NCBI GenBank assembly: GCA_030295235.1
Contig: AP026125.1
Span: 1,054,001-1,118,000, forward strand
DNA: 64,000 nt
DNA from: Fistulifera solaris
Taxonomy: Eukaryota
Reading direction: 5' to 3'
Of this stretch, positions 12,073 through 24,711 are shown piece by piece. Numbering within the stretch: the first letter of the stretch is position 1; the number at the start of each line of letters is the position of its first letter. The position numbers and the translations under genes were made by a program. The notes under the pieces are model-generated. The model was not told the origin of the DNA, did no database searches, and worked only from the letters and a program-made list of their open reading frames with translations.

Positions 12073-13297
12073 ATGCCAAAAGTAGACACCGCCGCACCTG
12101 TCCCCATGTCGATCGACAGCAACAAGGAAAATGCTCGAAAGAGTACGAACCTGACGTCGTATCAACTCCCTTGGGTAGAAAAATACCGTCCGCGCTCTCT
12201 CGACGACGTCCTTGGCAACTCCGAGACCGTGGAACGTCTTCGGTCAATCGCAAAGGAAGGAAATGTGCCGAATTTAATTTTATGTGGACCACCGGGTACG
12301 GGTAAAACTACCAGCGTCCATGCGCTTGCTCGCGAGCTTTTAGGCAGTGCTTACAAGAATGCTGTTCTTGAGCTCAATGCATCGGATGCTCGTGGAATTG
12401 ATGTAAGTTAGGCGAAGTAAATCGCTCCCGAGAGCCAAAAAGTACTTCTTTTCTGACGTTTTGTCGCTTGTTTCCTTGATAGGTCGTACGAAATCAAATC
12501 AAAAGTTTCGCTATGAACAAAGTAACTCTTCCACCGGGTCGGTAGGTGAATTTTTGCGTTGTTTATCTCTCAACATCAAATCATTGATAGCATCTTAATT
12601 CGTGGTTGTTTTTCACAGACACAAGATCATTATATTGGACGAAGCGGACAGTATGACCAGTGCCGCCCAACAAGCACTCCGACGCACCATGGAATTGTAT
12701 TCGAGTACGACACGCTTTTGCTTGGCCTGCAATGTATCGACAAAAATCATCGAAGCCATTCAGAGTCGCGCAGCGATTCTTCGTTATTCCAGATTATCGA
12801 ACGATGACGTGTTGCAATGCCTATTGAAAGTTTGTCAAGCCGAAGAAGTCGCGTACACGGAGGATGGTTTGGAAGCTTTACTGTTTACGGCGGAAGGAGA
12901 CATGCGCCATGCACTCAACAATCTTCAGGCTTCTTCGTACTTGGCAGCGAGTAGCGGAGGAGGAACTGTCAATCAGAATACTGTGTTCAAGGTTTGTGAT
13001 CAACCCCATCCCAAGATTGTCGGTGACATCATCACATTCTGTTCGAAAGGGAAGACGAAAGAAGCAGCCGATACGATGCGCTCACTGTACAAATCAGGAT
13101 ACTCGGCTAGCGACATTATTGGAACTATTTTCAAAGTAGTCAAGGCCCGAACAGACCTTTCGGAGGGCTTGAAATTGGAGTTCATGCGAGAGATTGGTTT
13201 TACCCACATGAGAATTGCTGATGGGGTGAACTCATTGCTACAATTGGTGGGCCTGATTGCTAGACTATCACAGAAAAGCCAGAGTATGGCGTCGTAG
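12073..13297 (+). CDS. RFC2: Replication factor C small subunit (human RFC2/yeast Rfc4 type); introns 12403-12482 and 12542-12618
   Basis: PWVEKYRP, Walker [19 protein letters not shown], Walker B DEAD. Splicing restores the frame. Confidence 0.93.
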
Positions 13298-13378
13298 AAG
13301 ACATATGTATTCTAAAGTGCCCATTGCTATCATCAAAAAGTTTTTCAGTATTACATACAGCATCGTGGATGGAAAATA

Positions 13379-13969
13379 CTATCTTTCGTAAACCGATTTG
13401 TAATTGGACACATCGTAATCCCTTGTTGCATACTCTGTGACATCGTACTCGGATACTTCGTAATCCTGTCCGAAGGTGCCTTGCGGCCCCGCTGACTTAT
13501 TCACTCGACTGCTGATTGATTCTTTTATTAATTTTTCGTCTCGATCTGAAGATCGATCGGATGTTGTACTACTATTATGGCTCACCAAGTTGTCGAGTTG
13601 CGTACGATTACGTGATAACCTATTGGCTTCGTTGACGGCAGCTCTGGCATAATAATTCTGCGCCCAGACATTAGCGTTGGCTCGTTGAATATCTTCTAAC
13701 TCTTGTTCCGCCGAAATTAGCCCGCGGCGAGTAGCTCGATTAATCACAACCCTTCCGCTGCCTTGAACAGCGGACGGAATGCCATCTTCCCCATTAACAG
13801 CGATAGCGTCTTCGACAATATACCCATATTCCGGTGCGAGGGGGACCGCGTTGACGAGACCCTGCTGGTCAGTCGGAGATATTAATCGCGCTGTCGGCAA
13901 CTCTTCGTCGTTACCAAAAATGTCCGTGAATGTGGCTGCTGCCTCTACAGGAGATTGGGAGCTGGCCAT
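13379..13969 (-). CDS. Hypothetical protein
   Basis: 196-aa ATG-initiated ORF with a C-terminal Y-x-V-x-x-Y repeat. Confidence 0.65.
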   Translation of the reverse strand: MASSQSPVEAAATFTDIFGNDEELPTARLISPTDQQGLVNAVPLAPEYGYIVEDAIAVNGEDGIPSAVQGSGRVVINRATRRGLISAEQELEDIQRANANVWAQNYYARAAVNEANRLSRNRTQLDNLVSHNSSTTSDRSSDRDEKLIKESISSRVNKSAGPQGTFGQDYEVSEYDVTEYATRDYDVSNYKSVYER

Positions 13970-14319
13970 GACTGAATTTTATAGGACAATTAACAACTTG
14001 TGGTTCCTTTTTCTATAGTTCCTTTCGTGTCAAACAAAAAACAAGGAAGGGCGGGGACGAGTCCCGCTTGTCGAATCCCATCTCAATCGTGAAATCGTAC
14101 CGCTCTTCAGAGAGTCCAATCGTATGCTGGTGTGACAGAATTCTTTTTGTTCTCCACGATTGAAATTCGAACCGTTGTGACGCGACAGGTTCGCAAATCC
14201 TTTACTTATTGACATCGCGCTCTCATTTTTCATTTCATTTTGTTCTCATAAATTTCATAAATAAAGCAAATACAGCAATCGACACATACTTTTCACAACC
14301 AAAGCAACAACAAACCACA

Positions 14320-14835
14320 ATGGCTCTCAACCGATACAACACCTTGTTCAACCACCCCTTTGGAGTCGGTTTCGATGATCTCTTTTCCCCTTCTCCCTTC
14401 TTGACGAGCGACCCCTTCGAGCTCATGCCTGTTCTTCGCAACGTCAACCGTTCGCCCGATGCGATCCTTCGTCGCTCATCTCCTGGATTCGAGATCCACG
14501 AACATGAAAAGGAGTACCAGATTAGTGTTGATGTCCCCGGGGTGAAGGCGTCCGACATGAAGCTGGAGTTGGAAGAAGATGGTCGGGTCCTTCACCTCTC
14601 GGGAGGCCGCAAGATTGAACGCGAAGGAAGTGTGACCGAAACACGATTCGACAAGAAGTTCTACGTGGGCGAGAATGTTAACTTGGAGAAACTGAAAGCC
14701 AACCTTGCGGATGGAGTGTTGACGTTGGTGGCTCCCAAGAAGGAAGTGGAGAAACCCAAGTTGACATCCATTCCTATCTCTGAGTCAACACATTCGGACG
14801 AGAAGAAAGAGGAAATGGACACCGAAACCAAGTAG
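14320..14835 (+). CDS. HSP20: Small heat-shock protein (HSP20/alpha-crystallin)
   Basis: DVPGVKASDMKLELE...ANLADGVLTLVAPK. Confidence 0.95.
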   Translation: MALNRYNTLFNHPFGVGFDDLFSPSPFLTSDPFELMPVLRNVNRSPDAILRRSSPGFEIHEHEKEYQISVDVPGVKASDMKLELEEDGRVLHLSGGRKIEREGSVTETRFDKKFYVGENVNLEKLKANLADGVLTLVAPKKEVEKPKLTSIPISESTHSDEKKEEMDTETK

Positions 14836-15827
14836 CGAGTTTAGCGAGATGCGTAGTTCATAGTGAATAAGTAATGTATAACAAGTAGATAAGCTAGCTT
14901 AAAACGACCTTTTGCTTGTCATCGTTTCATAAACGGGTGAACTATAAGCACGTATCACAAGTAAGGAACACTAGAAGTAGGCGTGTAACAAGCGTGTGGT
15001 GTGGTGTCTTCACGTCTCCAAAACTTCTGGGAGAAATGTGTCTTCAAATGCCCGCAGAAAATTCGAAAAGAGCAACGTTCGCGACTCAGAAGCCACACAT
15101 TCCAGGGAGTAGCCGCAAGGAAGTAGCATTATCTTTTGAAGGCTAAGAAGCGCGTCGTTAGTCGTTAGGCACCTCCTTGTCCTTGTCGTCAGGGTCTACT
15201 TGCGAAAAAGTATTTCGCCACGACTCCACTTCAGTCATGAATAATTTTGTGAAGGAATATCGATTGGTACGTGCGCTTCAAATGATGTGAACAGTCATTG
15301 CAATGTGATTTAATCATCAAAGCAACGAGCCATTTTAGCAAAGGAGCCTTGACTGTATAGCAGTGCGTGGCTCGGAAAGAATAGCGTCATGAACTGGCAT
15401 GCTGTCGTGGAAACAGGTAATCTTCACTCTAGTAGGAGTATAGTAAATACGGATAGCAACAGTAGCAACCATCCTCAAAAAATGAAGCTGAAAGCATTGT
15501 AATCTTGTAAGAGACTAATGAGCTTACCACGACGCAGGCATTGCGTTTAGTTGTATAGATCTAGCTGAAGCAATAATACTGTAAACTGAATGAACGGCGT
15601 GCAGTGGAAAACCAGTACGACTCACAATTTATACTGTACTGCGTATTGTAATGTTGATCGAATTATTATATACTGGTAGGCGATGCGACATCCAAGCTTT
15701 TTTACGACGACGGTGACGAATGAAGAATGAATTGCAAACGAGCGAATAGCAATTCTTTTACTACGTAGCTTGTAAGCATTTCCAAAGGTTAACGTGTTGT
15801 TTGCATATTCCAGTTTATGATAGAAGC

Positions 15828-16763
15828 ATGGCAGACGAGGAGAAGCGGACGGAAACCGTACTGAACGAGAGCAAGGAAATTCCTGCGCCAAGCACTTCAG
15901 ATGGCTTTCAACCCTCTGTTGCAGAGAAAAGCGATGCGACTGAGGACGAAACTGCTCAGCCTCCATTATCAAAGAAACAATTGAAGCGACAACGCAGACT
16001 GGAAAAATTAATGGAAGTCAAGAAGCGGCGCAAATCGCAAGAGAAAGAGGCAAAGAGGGCCAAGGCGATTGCGGCAGGTCGTGACCTGGAAGAAGAACGC
16101 CGTCAAGTGGAGCAACGGACGAAAGATGGGGAAGGAAAGAGACAGCGAGACGAAGCTTGGCTCCAAAAAAAGCTTCCCATGGCCAATAACGCATTTGAAG
16201 TTTGCCTTGACTGCTGTTACGAGGACGACATGACTCTGAAGGAGATCAATAGTTTGGTTTTGCAGATGCGTTACTGCTATTCTAACAACAGGCAGAAACC
16301 TTGTTTTTTCGCCGCGACGAGCGTCACAGGAAAAACCTTGGATCACTTAAAGAATGTTTCAGGTTACGAACAATGGGGCAATCGGGCGTTCACAATCACT
16401 GACCAATCAATGGAGGAGTACTATAAAGATCGAATGGACAGGATTGTGTACTTGACGAGCGATTCAGAAACGACATTACACACGCTGGACAACAGCAAAA
16501 TTTATGTCATTGGCGGTATCGTAGATCGAAACAGACTCAAAAAAGCGGCGCTGAATAGGGCCGACGCGCTCGGTGTAGCCACCGCAAAACTCCCAATTGA
16601 TGAGCACATGAAAATGATGGGGGCAACAAGAGTTTTGACATGCAACCACGTCTTTGAGATACTGCAGCACTGCCGCTTTAATGGCAATGATTGGAAGAAA
16701 GCGCTCGTGGAGGTACTCCCAAAGCGTAAAGATATCAAGGTCCGCGAAGACGAAAGTGTGTAA
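15828..16763 (+). CDS. TRM10: tRNA m1G9 methyltransferase Trm10
   Basis: IVYLTSDS, YVIGGIVDRNR, AKLPI, VLTCNHV, LPKRK. Confidence 0.95.
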   Translation: MADEEKRTETVLNESKEIPAPSTSDGFQPSVAEKSDATEDETAQPPLSKKQLKRQRRLEKLMEVKKRRKSQEKEAKRAKAIAAGRDLEEERRQVEQRTKDGEGKRQRDEAWLQKKLPMANNAFEVCLDCCYEDDMTLKEINSLVLQMRYCYSNNRQKPCFFAATSVTGKTLDHLKNVSGYEQWGNRAFTITDQSMEEYYKDRMDRIVYLTSDSETTLHTLDNSKIYVIGGIVDRNRLKKAALNRADALGVATAKLPIDEHMKMMGATRVLTCNHVFEILQHCRFNGNDWKKALVEVLPKRKDIKVREDESV

Positions 16764-16786
16764 AACTGATGACCAGCTATTGAGTT

Positions 16787-19692
16787 CTAATAAAAGTTTT
16801 CTGTATCACATGCTTTGATGGCCGCTTTGAGGTTTGTTCGAAATCTGGATCCTTTCTGGTTCTTAGGACTTGCTTTCAGAACCTGTACGAAAAAGACAGT
16901 AAAGCTGGCGCGAAGCGCTTCACCTTCATCCATGTGACCCATTTCTTCGCTTTCATCCTTGTTCTTCCGTGTTCTTCCTACCCCGTTTTCGAAGAGCTCT
17001 ATTACTTCTGAGGGGTTCTCGTAATATTCCATCAGATCAGAAAAGAACACTGCTAAAAATATGGCTGCCTTTTCCGATAGATCTTCAGGTGAAGCCATAT
17101 CGATCGCCTTTAGTACATTCAACTTGAGATGACGATGCGTGACGACGAGGTGAAATAGAAGTTTGGCAAGGTTGGCAGCTTTGCGTGCATCACAATCATT
17201 GAAAGTTTTGAATGCATCCCAAAAAGCCAACTGAAAAGAGAACTTGCACTGCATTTGAAACTCGCAGATCCTTGCGGCGAGATGTGAATAGTACTTGTTG
17301 AACGACTTCTCCTTTGCGCAACACTCCAAAAGGACCCGAACGGTCTCTCTCTCTGTCTTATTTTTCAGTAAGTTCGCTCGCACTAACTTCTCAAAAGAGT
17401 CATCGCAATCTGCTGACCCCATGATTATGCAGAAAATAGAACGCCGTACGTCCGAGTTCATTCGATACTTCTCTGCCAGTTTCAACAGTTTTTCTTCCTC
17501 TTCGCTTTGAAAGCTTGACTCTGCTTTGGAAATTGAAACTGCTCTTTCTGCATTGTCTCCTGGTTGTTCATCGTTGTAGCTGAACTGATTACCGGCCCAT
17601 GACGCTCCAACTTTCCAATATCGACCTTTGGTTTCTATGTTTAAAATATCGGCCAGAGAAACACGAAGTAATGTAGACCCTGACGCAAAAGCTGCTCCCT
17701 TGGCTCCCGCTTTAACCTGCCCAATCACTTTACGCAGCCTTGCTGTTTTTTCAACAAGGGCGGCATCTTGCTGGTTTCGCTTCTTGTTATTCTTCAAATC
17801 CATAATCGCCGTGACCATGTAATCCACTCTAGCAGCGTTCTTTGAGTTTGCAGCACCTTCCAGCGCACGCTTTTGAACCAACAGAACAATGTCCTTCAAT
17901 GCAGAAGGATCATCCGAACGCAATGCTCGACCCGAATGTCGAAGGATGAGGAGAAGAAGCTCAATGTCGATTTCTTTGAAGCTCTCAAGAAAGTCACGAA
18001 TTATATCGTACACAAGAGAACAATGAATGATTCCGAAGTTGTACATGTAGCAAAGAAAGATAGTCATGTTGGAACCTTGCTTTGCTAGCAGATCGTTGTC
18101 GTCACCCACGGATGTAGACCCAGTTGATTCGCGTGAGACTTTAAGCTCTTCCCACATTTCGATAACAACTTTTCCATGAGAAAGGCACCTAGCTGAGAAG
18201 TGTCGCCCTGAATTGCTTGTACACCTGCAAGAGCAGCCACGTACTCTGGAATAAGCCCTGTCATAAGATGGACCCGAGATATGCATGCACTTTTCGCGTT
18301 TGTCCAAATACATTCATTAACATCCGATGTGGGATAGGAGGGGTATAAGCGTGCGATGGCCTGTGCCACAGATATAACCGAGTCAGATGATAGTTTGTTG
18401 AGTACATGATTTAGTGATCGTTGAATCGCTTGAAGGTTCTCCTGTCTCTTTTGTCGTTCTCAGAATCCAAAGAAGCTTCAGCTTTCCGCATATGAGGAGG
18501 AACGTACTTTCGCGGTGCAGCGTCACCAAGCTGTGTTTGAATCTTTTTCCCGTAAATGTCTTCCCCTTCTGTTGGTTTGTATGTGTGTTGAACATCATGA
18601 TCATCCTCTACATTGTCGCTCTCAGATTCAATCGTTTGGCTCGAGTCATCTCTGGAATCCAGCGATGCATTACCATCCTCGTATTGCGAGCGATGGTCGT
18701 CTTTGCATCCTGGTCTGAATCACTTTCGTCAGCGGAACTGCCATGATATTCGTCTTCAGCAACGCTATCCTCCAAAGACTCCATAGACTTTCCAGTGACA
18801 CGGTTGACAAGATTGTCGAGGTCATCTAGAAAATCTCCAAAGTCCTCACCATATCCTTCTTCTTTGGCGTACTCCTTGCTCAACTTCTTTTGTCTCTACT
18901 GCCCTTCAATCCAAGCTTTGCCTCAAGCTCTTTGATCTCTTCGTCATCTCTACGTAAAGCAGCGACAATGCTTTCATCCCAGTTCAGCTTTGCTTGATCA
19001 GATTTCTCGCGTGTGGCTTCCGTCGTAAGAGTCTCTTCAATGTCCTCATAATCCTCGTCGTCTTCGTTAATGCTTCCGTCATCAAGACTCTCTTCCGCTG
19101 CTTCATCCTCCTCGTCGTTGTCGTCACCACTATCATCCATGTCTTCGCTTTCATTACTTTCTTCCGCACGTTCATCGTTTTCCCCTCCAGACGAACTCTG
19201 TGTGTCATCCTCATTGTTTCCAGACTGCGAAGGCCTTGTCACACGATCAATCATCCCATCTATATCATCCAGAAAGCTAGCAAAGTCGTCTCCGTATCCT
19301 TCTTGCGTAGCAAACTCTTTTTTCAGAAGGTCCTTTCCCTTTCTTTTCGAAAGACCTAACTTTCTGTGCAGAGTGGCAATTTCTTCGTCGTCTCTTCTCA
19401 GGGCGTCTGCCGTAGCGTCATCCAGATGAGCGTACGGATCGCTTTTTCGAACTTTACTTCGCTTTGGTTTCCTTTCTCCCTGTTCTATCTCTGCTTCTTT
19501 ACGTTTTCGATCGTTACTTTTTGCTTCCTTCTCGTTTAACGACGGAACAGCATTTTCATCCTGGGTCTGCTCGGAAACTGCTGGCCGCCTCACCTGACGC
19601 TTTTTGCTTCGCTGCTCTTTGCGTCGTGCTTTTCGTAGTTCTACTTGGGTCGGCATCGACTTCGTTGAATGGGGAGACGCTCTTTGTTTCAT
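16787..19692 (-). CDS. NOM1: Nucleolar MIF4G/MA3 protein NOM1/Sgd1; several apparent frameshifts between about 18170 and 18890
   Basis: RHSTFLLI/YVPPH-like linker region, LRSDDPSALKDI, DLKNNK, GRYWKVGASW, RMNSDVRRSIFCIIM; basic/acidic N-terminus. Confidence 0.88.
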
Positions 19693-20061
19693 GGTATTCT
19701 TTCACTGACACAGAGTTTTCTTCTGAATGTTGCCATGTGGGTCAGCCTTATTGTTTTGCAAGAAGAACGAAATAATTTTGTTTTTCCGTCGTCGCGCGCA
19801 ATTTTTTTCTTGGTTGTCCTTGACCGTGTTTAATTCCCAGAGTCACGAATAGTCTGTCCGCATTTCGTATAGGTTTCCATTTTCCATGTGGAAGTATTTG
19901 ACGCGCGACGTCCGCGCGGTTCACGAGACTACTATAATTTGGATAGCACTTTTTTGACCCTTATTGATGCCGTGAAGCCGAGACTTGAAGACGACGATGG
20001 AGGATGACAAACATGAAACATGCCATTAACTCTCCTTGCTTGGAACAATTAGTTATTGAAT

Positions 20062-20554
20062 ATGCAATTCACTTTGATAATTACCGCCCTGCTTTCTGCA
20101 CAGGCCTTTGCCTTCACGAGTCCGTGCGCACAGCCGTCCCACACAACCGCTTTGAACTTGTTTGGCGGGGGTAACAAGGGAGGTCAAGCCAAAGGACCTG
20201 GCATGATGGATCAGTTGGCTATGTTTAAGAAAGCTCAAGAGATGGCGCAGAAAAAGAAAAGACCTGGATAATGAACTGAGTCAAATGACCTTTTATGGCA
20301 CCAGCTCTGACGGAAAAGTGAAAGGAACGTTCAAGTACATTCCCAACACCAACCCTTTGGACCCCAATCCTGAATACGAACCCCGGAACTTTGATTTTGA
20401 CGATGATTTCTTCGCATCTGCTTCACCGGATGATCTATCGGCGGCTATCAAAGAAGCCGTACTCAATGGGATCGAAGAAACGAACACGGCCGTCGCAGAA
20501 AAGTATTCTGTATTACAAGCCGACCTGATGTCTGTTATGGGAGGTAACAAATAA
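20062..20554 (+). CDS. Plastid-targeted YbaB/EbfC-family protein; +1 indel in A-run near 20257
   Basis: Signal peptide plus AFAF cleavage-like motif; MMDQLAMFKKAQEMAQKK[fs]DLDNELSQMTFYGTSSDGKVK. Confidence 0.75.
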
Positions 20555-20868
20555 TCTGCTTTCGATTAATTTTTAAAATCGTTTGTCCAAGGTTTAGATG
20601 TTTCGTTCTTTAAGTAGGTGAGCAGTTCTACGATTTTTTCCACGGCCGTAACAGAAGTGATTAATCCTAAGTTTACTCGACCCGGTTGAGGCGACTGTAT
20701 TTATAGAGTCAAACAAGAAGAGGGAAAGCGTCATCAAGTCAACTTAGAGATACCTACGAGCTTTCTTAGTACGTTTCGTTTAAGTTGTTCGACGTTTGAT
20801 AAGCCTTCTCTAGTAAGAATCTTGAAGCCAAGTCACTCATTAAACGATGCACCTTATTAGAATAATAT

Positions 20869-22660
20869 TTAGGATCTATCTTCAGCCCGCTTGGCTTTGT
20901 TCTTGGCAAGAAAATCAAGTTGATCGTCAGTTGGTTTCATCGCAGGGAAGAGTAAGACCTCCTTAATGTTGTTCTTATTCGTCAAGAACATCGTGAAGCG
21001 ATCGACACCAAGACCAAAACCACCCGTAGGGGGGAAGCCCGTGCTCAAGAGCTGTGACGAAACCATCATCCGTGATCATCGCTTCATCATCACCAGCACT
21101 GCTCGCCTTGGCTTGTTCTAAGAACAACTCGTACTGTACCGCTGGATCATTCAACTCTGTGTACGCATTGGCCAACTATCAACAAGAAAGGAACGTAAGG
21201 AAAAGTTTGATTCCTGTGATACGGTCCGATGCTTTACTTACCTCGCGACCTGCCACAAACAATTCGAATCGCTCCGTCAAATGCTTCTTCGTTCGATGGT
21301 ACTTGGCGAGAGGACTCATGATCTGCGGATGCTCCGTGATGAAAGTCGGATTGATGATGTCGCTTTCCAAAAATTCACCAACAAGTGCATCCAGAAGTCG
21401 TGCAGTTGTATGAGGCGGTGTGCACTCAACGCCGTGCTTGGCAAGGATAGCAATCAGCTTCTCCTCAACTTCGGGGTCGTCAAGTTCAGGCAGCTTATCT
21501 TTCATCGCTTCCTCAAGACCTTCCATCATGGGAATGCGCTTGAACGGCGGTTCGAAATCAATTTCGATCTCCTTCGCTCCCGGCTTGGGAACGTACTTGA
21601 TCTTGTAACTACCCGTAATTTGCTTGACCATACCGCTCACCATTTCTTCGCACATGGTCATTAGATCGTTGTAGTCAGCGTACGCCATGTAAAATTCCAA
21701 AGTTGTGAATTCAGGGTTGTGCGTCAGGTCAATTCCTTCGTTTCGAAATTGGCGACCGAGTTCATAAACGCGATCGAGTCCACCAATCACCAACATTTTC
21801 AAGTAAAGTTCTGGAGCAATACGAAGATACAGGTCCATGCTGAGATCGTTGTGGTAGGTCACAAATGGCCGAGCAACGGCACCGCCAGGGATCATGTTCA
21901 TCATGGGAGTCTCCACTTCGATAAAATGTCGATCATCCAAATATTTGCGGATGCCATTGATAACTTGTGAACGCACGATGAACGTATTTCGGACATCGTT
22001 GTTTACAATGAGATCCAAGTATCGCTGACGGTATCGGGTTTCCATGTTGGTAATACCTCCAAGATTAGAGTCTCCCTTGGCGAAAGGCAACATGTGCAAG
22101 CAGGGTGACAGTAATTCAATGTAGGTTGGGAAGATTGACAGCTCTCCCTTTTTACTTTTTCCGGGAAAACCCTTGACACCAATGATATCTCCGCGTTTGA
22201 GCTTGTGATGGATCTTGTGAAAGGCTTCTTCCCCTTCCGCATACATCTGCAGACCCGACATGACTTGCACCTTTGCTCCATCTCCTCGAATGTCATAGAA
22301 ATACAGCTTTCCCTGTCCTCGGACGGACACGATACGGCCCGCAATACTGACGGATGTATCGAGATGCTCACCATCTTCCGTCTTGGACATGAATTCCTCA
22401 CAATAGTCCGGAAGGCGGTAATCGACATGAAACTTGTGCGGGTAAGGATCTTCACCGTTTTCCTTGAGAGCCTTAACAGCAGCCTCACGGTTCGCCTTGA
22501 ATTGACTGGGATCCATTTCCTCTTCATTTTCTGCCTTGGGATTGTTTGCCGCTTCGGCAGCTCTCTTGGCTTCCTTTTCTGCCTTGGCAGCGGCCGCCTT
22601 TTCGGCTTTGAGCTTTTTCTTGAGCGCGTTCTTGGATAGTTCTTCTCCTTCTTCTGTCAT
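20869..22660 (-). CDS. KARS: Class II lysyl-tRNA synthetase (cytosolic type); intron 21176-21241, extra G in run 21029-21034
   Basis: [64 protein letters not shown]. Confidence 0.97.
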
Positions 22661-23019
22661 GATGATGATGTGAGAGTAGTAAGTTGTGAACACGAGAAGG
22701 TGTTGAATGTAAACGCAACGGTCGATGAAAAAGGAAAACGACGATGGGACGCGATTTTCTCGGACGGTGGAGAAAATGCGGCGCGCGTGTTTTTGTACGG
22801 CTCCGAGAAGATGAGGTCGATCCGTCGTCCGCTGCGAGGCTACTTTTCGACTTATAGTGGGACATGTCGATGCGAGATGCGATGCGGACGCCAAACAGAA
22901 CGAAGCAAAAGACAGCCACCATGAAAACATGTTGAGACTGTTGCACAACAAAAGCAACAATAACGACCCCAAGACGAATATCTATTTGCGTTTCTCATCA
23001 ATCAATTCGTAAATAAAAG

Positions 23020-24111
23020 ATGGCCGCCGTAATTGAAGCTTCGGAACGTATATCGCAAGTTCACATTGAGGGATTGGTAAGGAGTAACTATCAGATTATT
23101 TATTTATCTTGATGTCGTCATTACTTGGCCGTAGATCTCACGTATCATGCCCTTTCTTTCTTTAAATAGGCCCTCATGAAGATTGTGAAGCACTGTCATG
23201 AATCGCTTCCTCACATGGTGAGCGGTTCCTTACTCGGCCTGGAAGTGAGCGGCGGGATTTTGGAGGTGACGCATGCTTTCCCCTTTCCCGACAGTCGAGC
23301 CGCCGCAGGTTCTGCTGCGGCTGTTTCCGATACCATGGAAGGCGACCAAGACGGACACGAGTATCAGATTGAGATGATGCGAATGCTGCGAGAAGTCAAT
23401 GTCGACAACAATTGCGTAGGATGGTATCAAAGCATGTATCTTGGCATTTACTCGACGTCCTCGTTGCTAGAGAATCAACTTTCCTACCAGACGGATCTGA
23501 GTCCCAACGCCGTGGTGATTCTTTATGATCCTATGCAAACAACACACGGAAAATTGGCGCTCAAATGCTATCGTTTGACAGAAGAGTGTATCCGACTAAA
23601 GGAAAACGAAGAAAATGCGTTCATTGATCCCCGAAAGATTTTTGAGGAAGTCCCGGTCAAGCTCACCAACCCCGGACTCGTCAAGGCGCTTCTCATGGAT
23701 GTCGCCGACGGCGTTCACGACGACTCGAGCAACCTTCAGCTTTTTGAAAAGGAACACAACACGAATCGTCTTGGTTCGTCTACCGTGAAGACTACCTTTG
23801 ATCGCTTGGACTTGAGCACGAATCCCTACTTGGAGAAGCATCTCGAATTTCTTTGCGGATGGGTGGATGACTTGGCGGTGGAACAACAAAAGATGCAATT
23901 TTACGCCCGGCAACTACATCGCGACAAGCATAGACGGAAAGATTCCTCGGCGGGCGACGCCTGGGCCAGCAGTGACGCCCCACGAAGAATGGAAAGTCTT
24001 CTCATTACGAATCAGATTCGAAGTTATTGCGAGCAGATGAATCAGTTTACAAGTGAAGGAATTGAAAAAGTATACCTCATGAGTGGTATGCAAAGAAGGA
24101 CTAATTTGTAG
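23020..24111 (+). CDS. EIF3H: Translation initiation factor eIF3 subunit H; intron 23077-23169
   Basis: MPN domain LMKIVKHC...GSLLGL...MMRMLREVNVDNNCVGWYQS. Confidence 0.93.
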
Positions 24112-24711
24112 TTGTTAAGCCCAGCTCAGAGTATAGATTCTTCATCTTTTCTTCCATTCGATCCAGCGACTTGCCGTGAGCTTCTTCCATAGCAATCGTC
24201 AAGGCGGTGCACAAATCTACGACTCCCGTACTGTCGTGATAATTCTCGTCGATGAAAACATTGATAGGGCGTTGTTGACAATCCATGGTGACTTTGACCT
24301 TGCCGTCGGCGGCTGCACCTTCGACCGTCGTAGAAGCTAGCTCCTGTGTCAGACAAGCCGTCATTTTACCCACTCGTTGTACACGCTTGAAGTTTTCCAT
24401 GGAATCGACGACACCAGCGACACCGACCATCCCACTACTTGCGCTTGAACTCAGTTTCGACCCATCTCCCAGCATGGCTGAACTGCTGACATCCTCGTCA
24501 TTCTCTCCGTTATTTTCGTTTTTGAGAACCAGTTGAAACTGATGAACAGCGTTGATGGAAGACGAAGTGTAGTGGAGTTCTTGCCTACGCGTTGCACTTC
24601 CACAAAGGCCGACTGAACGATTTGAATGGAGAGAAGAAGCAGCAGAAGAAGAAGAGTATACTGACAACATGGTGATGTCGGAGCCTTCGGTCGATTCCGG
24701 AAATCAGTCAT
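24101..24711 (-). CDS. Second plastid-targeted YbaB/EbfC-family protein; frameshift near 24520
   Basis: ORF 24451-24711 supplies a signal peptide plus QSAF motif. ORF 24101-24670 supplies MENFKRVQ...QELASTTVEGAAADGKVKVTMDCQQRP. Confidence 0.78.

Noticed and set aside
14130..14175. Heat-shock elements upstream of HSP20
   Set aside because: GAA/TTC units are present but not in canonical nGAAnnTTCn spacing.
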